From: Eledone cirrhosa
Lineage: Eukaryota
Length of the DNA: 64,000 nucleotides
Direction: 5' to 3'
Assembly (NCBI GenBank): GCA_964016885.1
Contig: OZ024745.1
Coordinates: 14,074,001 to 14,138,000 of the forward strand
Positions within the stretch are counted from its first letter, which is position 1. Each line of letters starts with the position of its first letter. Positions 22,467 through 36,316 of the stretch are shown here, piece after piece. A program made the position numbers and the translations under genes. The notes under the pieces are model-generated. The model had not been told where the DNA came from and searched no databases. It saw nothing but the letters and a program-made list of their open reading frames with translations.

Positions 22467-22574
22467 ATATGCCAGCTCTGTGTTTATGGTGTTGATGGTA
22501 TCAGAGCCTTGGGACATATCATTATGTCCCAAGGCTCTGATACCATCAACACTATAAACACAGAGCGGGCATAT
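22467..22574. repeat. Near-perfect ~50-bp-arm hairpin
   Basis: GCTCTGTGTTTATGGTGTTGATGGTATCAGAGCCTTGGGACATA / TATGTCCCAAGGCTCTGATACCATCAACACTATAAACACAGAGC. Confidence 0.9.
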
Positions 22575-22589
22575 CTAAGAACTGACTAA

Positions 22590-22643
22590 CTGCCTGATAA
22601 GGTCATAGCCAGTCAATGGCTATCATCGAAATATATATAGCAG
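22590..22643 (+). ncRNA. Hammerhead ribozyme motif with G8 to A change
   Basis: CUGC CUGAUAA GGUCAUAGCC...GGCUAUCAUC GAAA UAUAUAUA GCAG. Confidence 0.6.
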
Positions 22644-22685
22644 TAAATAAAGGATTATGAGTTCATGCAATTGACTTATGTTTCG

Positions 22686-22822
<137 letters not shown>

Positions 22823-22988
22823 GAAAGGTATAGAAAATATTGTAGCATAAAGCCAACAGTATTCCATAACATATAAGTGACTATAGCGTCAAAATGTGAA
22901 AAATAGTTAACGTAAGATGTGGGAAAGATAATTCAAACTCAACTCAAAACGAATCAGGATATAGATTCATCCAACAGAATTTAGTGAA

Positions 22989-23048
<60 letters not shown>

Positions 23049-23124
23049 TGTATATATATATATAATTTAGTCAAAAAATAGCCGTCGAAACGGCTTGAGC
23101 TCTGCCGTCGTAGTTAAACTTTTT

Positions 23125-23173
<49 letters not shown>

Positions 23174-23200
23174 TGTATACACACACACACGCACCTCCCA

Positions 23201-23250
<50 letters not shown>

Positions 23251-23488
23251 TAATGATTAACTTGGTTTTCCATTGATAAGGTTTTCTATTTAGACTTATA
23301 GCAGTCATTCTCTTTATTCTGGAAATATGTTTACCCAGTATCAGATCACACATTATTTCTTAATCTAAGGGGATATAACACATCAGTTCTTCTCTAGAGT
23401 ATGAAATTATCTTCAACATTATTATAACTACTATTCTATGTAGCTGAATAATCGCATTTACTTAAAGAATGAAGCTTTCCTTGACATA

Positions 23489-23711
23489 CCGTATTCTTCC
23501 GTGAATTGCGTACATTCGTGTATAACGCGCATTCATGTATAATGCTCACCCCATTTGACCAGAAAATATCTTAAAAAGCGTAGTTTTGGTGTATAAACAT
23601 TTAGTTATGGTTTATACCCCCCCACCTCACACACAAAAAAAACACAACAAACAAACAAGGAAAAAAGCGAAAACAAAAACAAAACTGCGCGGTATATACG
23701 GAAGAATACGG
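23489..23711. mobile_element. Pogo/Tigger-like MITE
   Basis: TA|CCGTATTCTTCCGT ... ACGGAAGAATACGG|TA. Confidence 0.8.
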
Positions 23712-24893
23712 TATGTGGTTTCAGATTGAAATGTCAGTTGAATAACTCACCTTAGTATTCTCGAAGACGTAACCTTTGCGAGTTCTTTACATGGATTAAA
23801 GATAGATTTAATAAGTCTATGCTCAGATCTAATCCCAAATGTACCAAGTAAAAAAAAAACAAAAAAACAAAAAACGACAGATGATTTGGTGATTCGCACG
23901 GTTTCCAAGCCTTCCTGTCAATGTTCCAATAATGTAAGACTTAAAAAAAAAAAAAAAAATTGCGCCGTTTCGTTTAAAGTTAATAGAAAAATATTACATC
24001 GAGCTGGTTTTCTATGAAAAGTTAAAATCTAGCATTTTTGACACTTGTTATTTTTTAGAGAGGCTGATACCACGATTGCAATCATTCAATGAAGTTGCAG
24101 TATTTAACCTCCTCAGTAAATATATCATTAAGTGGTTATCATGATATAGACTGCTTACTAGCATTAGTTGTTAAAGTGACATCGTAGTTGGTATCAAGTA
24201 TATACACAACAGTAAGGACATTATTAAATTTTTGATTGTCTTTTGCTGTGAATATTTTGTCCTACAAAATTCAACATTTTTCGTGCGTAATTTCACATAT
24301 AGTTTGACCATTTCAAAATACCAACCATTAAAAATTGCTTAATCTTAAAAAGGATTCAAATTCTTTCTTATTAGCAGGAAGAGTTACATTGAATATTTTC
24401 TGGGCCAAAAGTCGAACTGGAAAAATACCTTTATCTGAAAAGGAATATCCCCAAAATGAGACCTCGTCTTTGTTAAAATTAAAAATCATTTGTTTGAATT
24501 AAAAATCATGACTACATCTCTCAATCAAGTCATTATAATCTAGGTTCATTTCTTCTTTGGTAGTTGAATCCAAGTAACGGTAAATGGTCTGTAAACTAAA
24601 GACTTTATTCAACAACTAATGACACGGCTCACCATTCAGCTCAACTTCCAGCTCAAGTAAGGGAAACAACTCCCTTACCCTGTGATAACAACATCTCTTA
24701 AAAAAAACCCACATTGATCCTCTCCTTTTAAGAACAAACAAATAAACGAAGGATGAAACTTCAAACTAGTGGAAAATGTTTGTTTTTGTTATGTAGTTTG
24801 AATATCATTCTCGGTGTAGGAGATTTCCCTTTAATAAACGAATAAGAAGAAACTTTACATTTATTACAGATGGTAGTGTGGACGTCATTATCT

Positions 24894-24932
<39 letters not shown>

Positions 24933-26011
24933 AAAACAACGGCAAAAACATAAACAACAACAGCAACATGAACAATATACTACATAACAAGAAAACTAGC
25001 TAAAAGCATTAAGACTTTGCTGCTATGACAGGTTTATAACCGCTAATGTTTAGTTAATTGCGACTAACTTGCTGATTTCATCATAATTACAGTCCTTATC
25101 ACTAAATATATTTTATTGTATCGCTGGCTCTTCGGTTAAGTAATGTTCATTACTGTTAATAACCTACTAAGTTATACACTCATAAAATACTTTCTAATGC
25201 TGAAATGGCTATTAAAAAAATATATTAAAATTTGAAATATTAAAATATGTATTAATTATTCTTATTGGTTTTGCTAGTTTTCTTATCAGTCGGTTATAAT
25301 TACCAATCATCACATATGTAATCAATATTACTGATATTAGCAGATTATTTTAATGTTGCAATATTAAAATAGAAATATTATAGAATGTAATGGTAGGAAT
25401 CTTTTGTAATGACATAATGACATATTATTGGCTAAGAATTGACAGTCGTTAGACCGTTGGATAGAATGTTTTGTGGTATTTGTTTCGAATCTCTGCTCTA
25501 TGAGTTTAAATCCTTTTAAGGTCGATAAAAAACTATCGTTCTAGTACTGCGGTCGATTCTTCCTCTATATCTCTTTCTCACTTCCATCCTCTTACTCTCT
25601 ATCCTTCTCTGAAGAAATCTGCTGTATTTATACATGGAGAGGAGATGGGCTCCGTGAGGCTTAAAAATGCCCCAGAAGCAGGACTATGTATGAATGCAGT
25701 GATGTATTATTTGCAGAATCGTTAGAGTACCAGACACAATTCTTTGTGGCATTTGCTCTTTAAATTTTGAGTTTAAATCCTGTCGAGGCCAACCATTTAT
25801 TATCGTTACTGGCCTTGTGCTTAATTTTCAAACGATTACTGAAGTTAGCAAAAAAAAACAACAGATACATCAATTATCGAAAACTCCTTATCAATCTCTA
25901 ATGTAAGTGTACTTTCTATAGTAAAGAAACACTATAGCCGGAGTGGACAGAGGTCATTATTTTCTCTGAATGTTTTGGGGTTTGTATTTATATTACAGAA
26001 TAAGATTGAAA

Positions 26012-26300
26012 AGGCGCGTGGCTTAGTGGTAAATGTGTTGGACGTACGATCATAATGTCGTGGGTTCGATTCCTGAACTGGGTTGTGTGTTGTGTTCTTG
26101 AGCAAAACACTTCATTACCCATTACTCCAGTCTATTCAGTTGAAAATGTGAACCAGCTGTTGCTGGGGTTTTAAGCCTGCAATTGATTGGCGTTATGTCC
26201 AGGGTGGGGGGAGTAGTCTTTTACTTTCAGTCGCTCAACGCCACGGAAACCAGGATATTCACCGGCCTGAAGAGCCTCCGGACTCGAGGCAGACTTGTGT
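26012..26300 (+). mobile_element. tRNA-derived SINE (second copy at ~55890-56155)
   Basis: A-box GTGGCTTAGTGG, B-box GGTTCGATTCC, GTGTTCTTGAGCAA body. Confidence 0.8.
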
Positions 26301-27514
26301 GTGAGAGGCAAAAAGTCGTAAGAAAGTAAAATGTTTTGCAGTATACGTTCCGGCTCTCTGCTATCTGAGTTCATATTCCGCCGAGGTCAACTTTACATTT
26401 CATCCTTTCGGAGTCGATAAATAAAGTACCAGTCCTGTACTGTGGTCAATTAATCCTTTAACTTTCTCACTTTTTCTTTCTCTTTCTCTAGAAGAAATCG
26501 TCTGTGCTTGAACTTAAAACATTTGAGTTAAAACAACAGGATATTTTTCTCCCTCTATTAAGAACATATAGCAATGACAAGTCTTTGTATATTTGTGTGA
26601 ATGGATTTCAACGTGAGTGCTTGTATGATGAGAAGTATATGCTCAATGTATAATGAGAAACATATTTCCCGTTGAAAATGAAGTTGGGGGAAAAGTAAAC
26701 ATGGTTTATATTATAGAATTATTTAGTTAAGTAAGAGAGTACTTCTGTAGATTAAAGGACAGAAGAGAGAAGAAAACGTCTTCCTGTAAGCAAGCAATGG
26801 CATCCTTTGATGAAGAATTCAGAGGTTTCATCTAATAATTAAATGAAACTACTTCAAATGTCGGAAATTTATTTAAGTAAGCCGGCACGCATCTCTATAT
26901 CTTTATTCAAATTACTTTACACATGCATCGGCCACCTTTCCCCCATTTTCATCCTTTTCACCTTTATCACCTTTTTTTATCCTTTTCACCTTCTATACTT
27001 TTCTTGCTTCAGATACAAAGTTTATCAATTGGACTTAGTTTCGATAATTGAGCGATCAATAAGATTAGTAGTAAGTAGGTTTGAGAAAAAATTGTGGTGA
27101 GAACGAACTGAGTTGCCGACATTGTAACATTGTACCTGACCAGACACAATTGTCAATGAAAAGCTCACACAGAAAAACTCACACAGAAAAACTCACACAG
27201 AAACCCACAAAAAAACACAAACAAAAATATGTTGACAGCTGAGTTGGTTGAATTCTTGAATTGCATTAAACTGTGGAAACTTTTGATATCTACATAAAAT
27301 ATAGTATTTGATGCCGGTTTATAGAAATAATGCTCTGGATAATGGTGTCTGAGAAATGCTTTAAATTATTAAAATAGCAGAGAAGTGACTTTTACTAGAT
27401 TTTATGACAAACTACCAACAGTTATTAAGAGTTTTGCTGAATGGAGCAGACATAAAGATTTAGTTGAATGAGGAGAAAATGAATCGAAGCTGCGCCTACT
27501 TTCATTCAATAGAC

Positions 27515-27577
<63 letters not shown>

Positions 27578-27620
27578 CACACACACACACACACACACAC
27601 CTCACACACACACACACACA

Positions 27621-27706
<86 letters not shown>

Positions 27707-28594
27707 CACACACACACACCTCACACACACACACACACACACACACCTCACACACACACACACCACACCTCACACAGCCATCAGCCATGTATATATATAT
27801 ATATATCAACAATGGTATGTATAAAGAGGCATGGCTAAGAGGCATAGATAAGAATACATATATATGTGAAGACGTATGTATATGAGAAGATACGCACACA
27901 TATTAGAATATATTCATATATACATAAGAAGATACATGCACGTACATATACACGTACACCTTGTCACTCACACATACACATAACATAATGAATTCACATA
28001 CACATACCAGAGTAGACATAAACACATATATGAGAAGAAAGTGACATTTACACGTGAATGCATACACACGATAACACACACACAACTCTCTCACACACAT
28101 ACACACACACACTCTCTCTCACACAAACATACACACACACACTCTCTCTCACACACACATACACACACACACGATAATACACACATACACATACACATGA
28201 TAACTCTATCTCTCTCACACACGCTAACACACACATACACACGATAATTCTCAACCTCTTTCTCATTCATACACACACACACACGATAACACATACATAC
28301 ACACCTAACAGGCATCTACACATTACACACTTAACACACATCTACACATTACAACATGCATCTACACGGGAATCCCTCGGTTAACTTCTACTGAATGGAA
28401 TCTAGATTGAAAGGTATGAGTTAGAATTTTATCCGAAGAATTATATAAGCATGTATTCTGATTATCACAGAATCGAATAGAACACGTAAAAAAGTCTTGC
28501 AAATACAAATGACTTGCTTCTTATCGATAAAAATCTATTGAAACAACTAAAGAATGCCTAACAATGGGAGCTAACTAACAGTAGATAGCTTAAT

Positions 28595-29001
28595 AATGCT
28601 TTCTGATTTAGGCACAAGGCCAGCAATTTTGAGGGAGAGGAAAGTCGATTAAATCGATCCCTGTGCGTTACTGGTGCTTTATTTTATCGACCCCGTATGG
28701 ATGAAAGGCAAATTTAGCCTCGGTGGGATTTGAACTCAAAACCTAGAGGGGTGTAACTTTATGCTGCGAAGCATGGTGTCCGACGCTCTACCGATACTGT
28801 CAATCCACCCAATGTTATGAAGATCCCCATAAATATTTTTTCTGTACGTCTCCGCTCTTCCATTATTGATTGGCAGTATTTGTAGAGGGACGGACGCCAT
28901 GCTTAGCAGCAAAGAGTTATGGCCCTTTATGGTGTGAGTTCTTATCCCGAAGAGGTTAAATTTTCCTTTCATCCTTACGGGGTCGATGAAATAAAGTACC
29001 A
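28595..29001. mobile_element. Two Nin/Deu SINE copies in opposite orientation (28595-28810 minus; 28868-29001 plus)
   Basis: TTTTATCGACCCCGTATGGATGAAAGG versus CCTTTCATCCTTACGGGGTCGATGAAA. Confidence 0.75.
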
Positions 29002-29280
29002 TAGTTTATGTTTTGTATTGTGAGGCTATATTAACAGGAAATAAGAACATAACATGGTTTGAGCTTTACATAGGACGATAGTAAAGGTTCGAGGCATAAG
29101 GCCAGGAGTTAGATATTTAGACCGGGTGGAGTATTGTGTTGTGCCATTTCATGAAATATCCATACAAAAGAGCCCTCGTAGGAGGCCAGCTAGATTTACA
29201 TAGATGTGAGTTATAAAGATGAGATGTGTACAAGAGTTGTTCGAGTAAAATAAATGTCTGAATGATGGGTTTATATAATA

Positions 29281-29774
29281 CTAGCCGAATTACCCGTGCC
29301 TTGCTGCGTTTCACACATTTTTTTTTGTAAGAAAATGATGATTGATTTTAAATCAGTGATATAATTTATGGAGAAAATCTCTGCATTTCAATATTACTCA
29401 ATGTAAAATGTAATGGATGAAAAATTGGAAAACATTATTTCTTGTAATATATCAAATCAAAATTACATTATTAAATCTTTTTCTTATTTTGTTTCTTGTA
29501 AGTAATTTTTTTCAAAATATCAATTCAAAACTTTTGTGAATAGGCATCATATCTTGTCATTTACCTATGGTTTAGATTTCATATAAATCGAAGGGAAAAC
29601 ATTTTCAGTGGGGGTTTGTGCTCTTGGGAACCCTTTGGTTAAAATGAAATATACTTATCCAAGTACCCTGGGCAATGTAGTTTCAGAATATATATGGTTA
29701 TGGGGGTCTATCTCCAAAACCACAGGAGGAGTTCGTGAACAAACAACCAAACAAACAGACAGGAACTACAACTT

Positions 29775-29863
<89 letters not shown>

Positions 29864-29868
29864 GTAGA
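29281..29868 (-). mobile_element. Non-autonomous Helitron-like element
   Basis: Minus strand TCTA... start, GC-rich subterminal sequence and CTAG end; same layout as 60667-61264. Confidence 0.6.
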
Positions 29869-30030
29869 AGTTGTATTTAATTTGTTGGAAGTCCGACAAA
29901 CATAAATGTTTATAACTGATTTAGAGCACTCAACAGATTACTGGAGTAAATATTACATGATATCGAGTGAATTTCCAACCGATAAGGTATGATTTTCATG
30001 GGTACGTCTCTATTTATAAAACAAACTTTG

Positions 30031-30095
30031 TATTTTATCTGATGAAAGCGCACCAATGGTGTCTTGGTTGCCCTTGAAATATATATAATAAAATA
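30031..30095 (+). ncRNA. Type I hammerhead ribozyme motif
   Basis: UAUUUUAU CUGAUGA AAGCGCACCAA...UUGGUUGCCCUU GAAA UAUAUAUA AUAAAAUA. Confidence 0.72.
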
Positions 30096-30161
30096 AATAT
30101 GGTTTTATAAATATAGTTTCCATTTATTTAATATAATTGTATATATATATATATATATACC

Positions 30162-30780
30162 ACTTATACCACTATTGGCCGCTAAAGGGTTCTCACTAAA
30201 AATGAAAGGCAGGCTGTATGATGCCTGCATACGAACAGTAATGTTGCATGGCAGTGAGACCTGGGCATTGTGTGCAGAGGATATACGCAGACTGGAGAGG
30301 AACGAAGCTTGCATGCTCCGCTGGATGTGTAATAGTAATATACGTGAACGGCAAAGCATAAACGAACTAAGGGAGAAATTAGGAATAAGAGGGATCAGAT
30401 GTTGTTTACTTGAGAGAAGACTACGTTGGAATGGTCACGTGATGCGCATGAAAGACGACAGCTGTATAAAAAAGTGCAGGGCGATAAAAATAGACGGTAG
30501 CCACGGAGTAGGCAGACCCAGAAAAACGTGGGACGACTTGATAAATTCTGACCTCACACACTTACACCTCTCCAAGACAATGTCACTGGACCGAGATCTT
30601 TGGCGATACACAGTCATACAGAAGACCCACCTTGCCTAAGTACAAAGCGAAACCTACAGTCAGTAGGCACCTCTAACAAAAATACACCCCGGCCCCACTA
30701 CCCCCACCCCATCCACACCACTCCTTCCAATGTAAAGTTATGTTGGTACCACAGCATCCCTAGTTGACCTAATGGTAGCA
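30162..30780 (+). mobile_element. RTE-clade LINE 3' fragment (ORF to 30639)
   Basis: KGRLYDACIRTVMLHGSETW...MLRWMC...RRLRWNGHVMR...GRPRKTW. Confidence 0.88.
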
Positions 30781-31182
30781 CCTTTCCTATCAGTGTAAGT
30801 ATGAGTAAACATGAATATAATATATATTTATCACCAGATATATTTACTGAAAGAAACTCGATAATTTCTTCTAAAAGTTCACGTTTCCTCCAATTTATTC
30901 GATACTTTTAGAAACAGTATCTTCAACATGTTTTTATGAAACAATCTTTCAAACATACACATAATATCGATAGAGTATCTCATAGATTTACTTAAGATTT
31001 ATACAAGTAGTGTGATGTCATCAAATATCCTTCTTTCCTCTACCTCTCAAATGAATCAAAGTTGGAAAAAATAATTTTTGATATTTTTCTGATCAATTAC
31101 ATTAAAATAACAGACTTGAATGTTTCGTCTAAAATATGATATACTTAAAAACGCATTATGTATATATTTATGTATATATTGT

Positions 31183-31277
<95 letters not shown>

Positions 31278-31668
31278 ATACATTTAAAAGTATATCAAAC
31301 ACACGTACATATATATTTATATATATAAATACATATGTACATATATATATGAAATAGTTTTTTAAGTGTTTCACACACACACACACACTCACGCGCATAT
31401 ATATATATATACTGTATATATATAATGTATATATATATATATATATATAATTAAAGGTTAAACGAGGTTCAATGAATAAATCAATGAATAAAGTTTCACA
31501 ATAGATTAGAAGCACTCCATAGGTTTTGGTTTTCTGGAGTTATTAATATTAATTCAAAATATTAACAAATATAGACATTCCTGCGATCAAGTATATTTTA
31601 TTATACATATTTCAGAGGTACTGAGCTATTTTCAACGGCTATATATATATATATATATATATAAATAA

Positions 31669-31802
<134 letters not shown>

Positions 31803-32117
31803 GTGTGTGTGTATACAAACATATATTTTGATATGCATGATCAGCCTTCTATTTCGCTGTGCTAACTAAATTTGAGGTATGAGATATTTTAAAACATTTA
31901 ATACTCAGGAGTAAACAATATTTTTAGTCTATCGCATTTGAGGACTTTAAAAACCCCTTTACACATATCATGTATATATGTCAGTGTATAGATAGTTGGA
32001 ATCTATATGAAGTGCATATATTGTTATACACTCACCTATATTATGTATATAGCTATGTAAACATGTCTGGCAGGTGGATGTGTAAATTAGAAAATGTTTT
32101 GTTATACTGAAACATAC

Positions 32118-32148
<31 letters not shown>

Positions 32149-32471
32149 TGTATGTATGTATGTATGTATGTATGTATGTATGTATGTATGTATGTCTGTC
32201 TGTCTGACTGTCTGTCTGTATGTATGTATGGATGTATGGATGTTTTTCTGGTTTTATAATTTCACAAAGTTTTACCAATAGAGAGAGAGTCGGTTTCTAA
32301 CATAGACACAAGACTCTCTCATTGGAATTTACACAACATCAACTAGGTAGATATGTATGTATGCATGCATGTGTAGATATGGATGTTATTGTATGTGTGG
32401 ATGTGGATGTTTTGAGTTGTATGTGTGCATGTGTATATGCTTTGTATCTGTACATGTGTATATGCAGTTAT

Positions 32472-32847
<376 letters not shown>

Positions 32848-33450
32848 TAAGACCGTGTTAGAGATTTTAAAGGCTCCAGATATCTGGCCATTTGTAGCGC
32901 CGTCTAACACACATTTCATAGACACTATCTATACACTGACATATATTTGATGTAGATAGACACAAGAGTTATAACTTGATATCGTTCTATACACATTTCA
33001 TATTCCTTTTCTTTTCTTGTTCTATTTTGATAAAGTGTTTAACTCGAAACGTCCGATTCTGCGTAATTATTTCCTATTATACACATTTTTCTATATTTTA
33101 TATTTGAACATGAAAGCACGTGGCTTAGTTTTGTTGCTGGTGGTCCGTTGTCTTCTTGAACAAGACACTTTATCTCTCGTTGCTCTAGTCCGCTAAGCTG
33201 GCAAAAATGAGTTGTACTTGTGATTGGTAGAACGCAGCTTTGTTATACAGTGTCTCGCTAAATCACCTTCAGGATTATGTTAATAATATAAGTGTTTGTG
33301 TACTGTTTGACCATTTGCACGCTTATTTCACCGACAGGTTATTCCGTTGATCAAACAACTGGAAGACTCATCTTCAGAACCGACGGAGGTCCAAACATAT
33401 TTGAACGAATTTTTCTGATATCAATTTTAATGAATACGAATACATGTGGG

Positions 33451-33786
33451 CAGTGGCGGACAGGCCAGGTTGCCAGGTTGCTCAATGGCAAGTGGGCCCC
33501 AAGGGGCCAACGGTGGCATTGCAAGAGCCCACAGTAGCATTGCAGGGCCGACTGTAGTATTTTAGGGGCCAATGCGTTGCTTTAAAAAAATACCTGAAAT
33601 CGAAGAGAAAGAATAAAATAAAAAAAAAATATAAAGAAAATAATTAAGCATTGCACTGTTTTGTTTCCACTTATGTATTTTTTGAAAATGTTATTTATTC
33701 ATTATAAAAATGAAATGTTAACATTCTATATGTAGGTGGGCCCCCTTCATCTGGCAACCAATATTTTTAGACCTAGTCCGCCACTG

Positions 33787-33842
<56 letters not shown>

Positions 33843-34730
33843 GCCAATCATTGTAAGTTTGAATCTAATTGACATGAAAAACATATATATAGGTATAAGG
33901 TAAGCCCAAATCATAGTAGATACAAATATCAGAGAGAGAGAGAGAGAGGGGGGGGGGGGCGGGAAGAAATGAGGTGCAACAGAAATGAAACATGGATTAC
34001 AGTTTAAAATATAATCTAGATAGATATGAAACAAATCGAGGATGTAGTTTATGGAACACCCAAATGATTTAGAAGTCGACCTTAAGTAGGAGCAACAACA
34101 TTAAGAAAGGCATGAACGACACCACAACACTTTGTTTTGAACATTTTGAAAGTAGGTTTATAAGTCTGAATTTTCATAAGATCTTCGTAGTTGTCTCTGT
34201 GGTCTAGCGGTAGGTACTAGAGACGGTGGAGATCCTGATCAAAAGATACATGTAATCTTTTTCAGTTTTTATTTTACAACCAATAGAAAAAAAACTGAAA
34301 AGGTTTAGCGGGAACCCTATTACCGACCAGGTTCGAACTTCCGACCAGGATCACCACCGGCTATGATTCCTCTAACTAGGCCACCGAGACAGCAACAAAA
34401 TTATAATGAAAATTGATAATTATAAACCTACTTTCAAAATCAAAGTTAAAAACATGTGGTGTCGTTCATGGCTTTCCTAGAGTTATTAGTAATATTTAGG
34501 GTCGACTTCTGGTCATTATTGAAAGTCTCTGGATGTCGCAAAATACATATTATTTATTGGAGAAGGTAAGATATTTTTTCGCAAAAATTTGATTGCACTG
34601 TTTTGTTTCCACTTATGTATTTTATGAAAATGTTATTTATTCATTATAAACTTTAAATGATAGCATTCTATATGTAGGTGGGCCCCTTAATCTCTTAGCA
34701 ACCAATATTTTTAGACCCAGTCCATCACTG
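33451..34730. mobile_element. Non-autonomous hAT-like transposon with 8-bp TSD
   Basis: CATGTGGG|CAGTGGCGGAC ... GTCCATCACTG|CATGTGGG. Confidence 0.85.
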
Positions 34731-34879
34731 CATGTGGGGCTCGGGCATCATCTTGGTCCTGATGGCTAAATCAAACTAAACACCCAAAGAACTAATAATA
34801 ACTGAATTCTGGAGATTAAATAGATGGCAGTCCCTATTCTTTGTCTTTCTTTAAAATATTCTGCTCGATAACACGACTA

Positions 34880-35690
34880 CGTACCTACCTACTTACCCAC
34901 CCACCTACCTACCTATCTATCTACCTACCTACTTACCTACCTACCTACTTACCCACCTACCTACCTACCTACCTACCTACCTACCTACCTACCTACCTAC
35001 CTACCTACCTACCTACCTACCTACCTACCTACCTACCTACCTACCTACCTACTTACCTACCTACCTACTTACCTACCTACCTACTTACCTACCTACCTAC
35101 TTACCCACCCACCTACCTACCTACCTACCTACCTACCTACCTACCTACCTACCTACCTACCTACCTACCTACCTACCTACCTACCTACCTACCTACCTAC
35201 CTACCTACCTACCTACCTACCTACCTACCTACCTACCTACCTACATACCTACCTACCTACCTACCTATCTACTTACCTACCCACCTACCTACCTACCTAC
35301 CTACCTACCTACCTACCTACCTACCTACCTACCTACCTACCTACCTACCTACCCACCCACCTACATACCTATCTACCTACCTACTTACCTACCTACCTAC
35401 CTACCTACCTACCTACCTACCTACCTACCTACCTACCTACCTACCTACCTACCTACCTACCTACCTACCTACCTACATACCTACCTACCTACCTACCTAC
35501 CTATCTACTTACCTACCTACCTACTTACCCACCCACCTACCTACCTATCTACCTACCTACCTACCTACCTACCTACCTACCTACCTACCTACCTACCTAC
35601 CTACCTACCTACCTACCTACCTACCTACCTACCTACCTACCTACCTACCTACCTACCTACCTACACACCTATCTATCTATCTATCTATCT
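34880..35690. repeat. ~800-bp (CTAC)n microsatellite grading into (CTAT)n
   Basis: Direct reading. Confidence 0.95.
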
Positions 35691-35727
35691 CCACAACAAC
35701 TTATCCTCTTCTTTAAGTACCACCTCA

Positions 35728-36093
35728 GAAGGAAGGTGAGAGTGGAGAGAGAGAGGTGCTACACCCCAGTAAATTCGCTGAAAGGTGGGTGAATGTGGCG
35801 AAAATGGCCCGAGTGAATGGACCTTCTCTGTATATAAACCTGAAGGTTGAGGAAGATAAACAGATGGAAGACAGGAACACCTACAAAACGTGTTCCTGGT
35901 GTTGAGGGTTGTTCTATCCACGGGGTGTAAAACAACCCTGCAGTAACGTTCCCCCTATTGGAGATTTCAATGGTTTATATAAAGTTTATTGTTATTTATT
36001 AATGTTAAAGTTATATGATTTTTATGTAAAATCCCCGCCGTCACATCTTGTAATGTCCCATTGTTGTACGCCCCTGTGGCAAATAAAGAAAGA
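35728..36093 (+). mobile_element. Tx1/L1-clade LINE 3' fragment (unit A, diverged)
   Basis: Degenerate EREVLHPS...ERWV...VNGPSLYI, 3' UTR ending GTGGCAAATAAAGAAAG then (TCTA)n. Confidence 0.85.
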
Positions 36094-36316
36094 TATCTAT
36101 CTATCTATCTATCTTGATAGAGTAAGACACGCTTCACATCGGCTCCGCTATTCCATCGGGATTTACCCTTACTATTGTAAGTACCGGATAAATTTTTCCG
36201 TGCAACACATTTGGAACACTAACCCCTGTTTTTTAGGGAAACATTTTTGCATTTACCCCCTTTTTAGGGGGTAAAATAAATATCTATTTTTGCCGAAAAA
36301 TTTCTTTCTTGGCAGC

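Noticed and set aside
24055-24190. Possible decayed PIN/flap-nuclease transposon ORF (EADT-like motif)
   Set aside because: Only a few residues match, with stops; cannot be supported by eye
26012-26075. tRNA gene
   Set aside because: A and B boxes present but no convincing cloverleaf, and it continues into a SINE body
33015-33060. Possible further hammerhead (TTGATAAAG...CTCGAAACGTC)
   Set aside because: Core too degenerate and no stem I pairing
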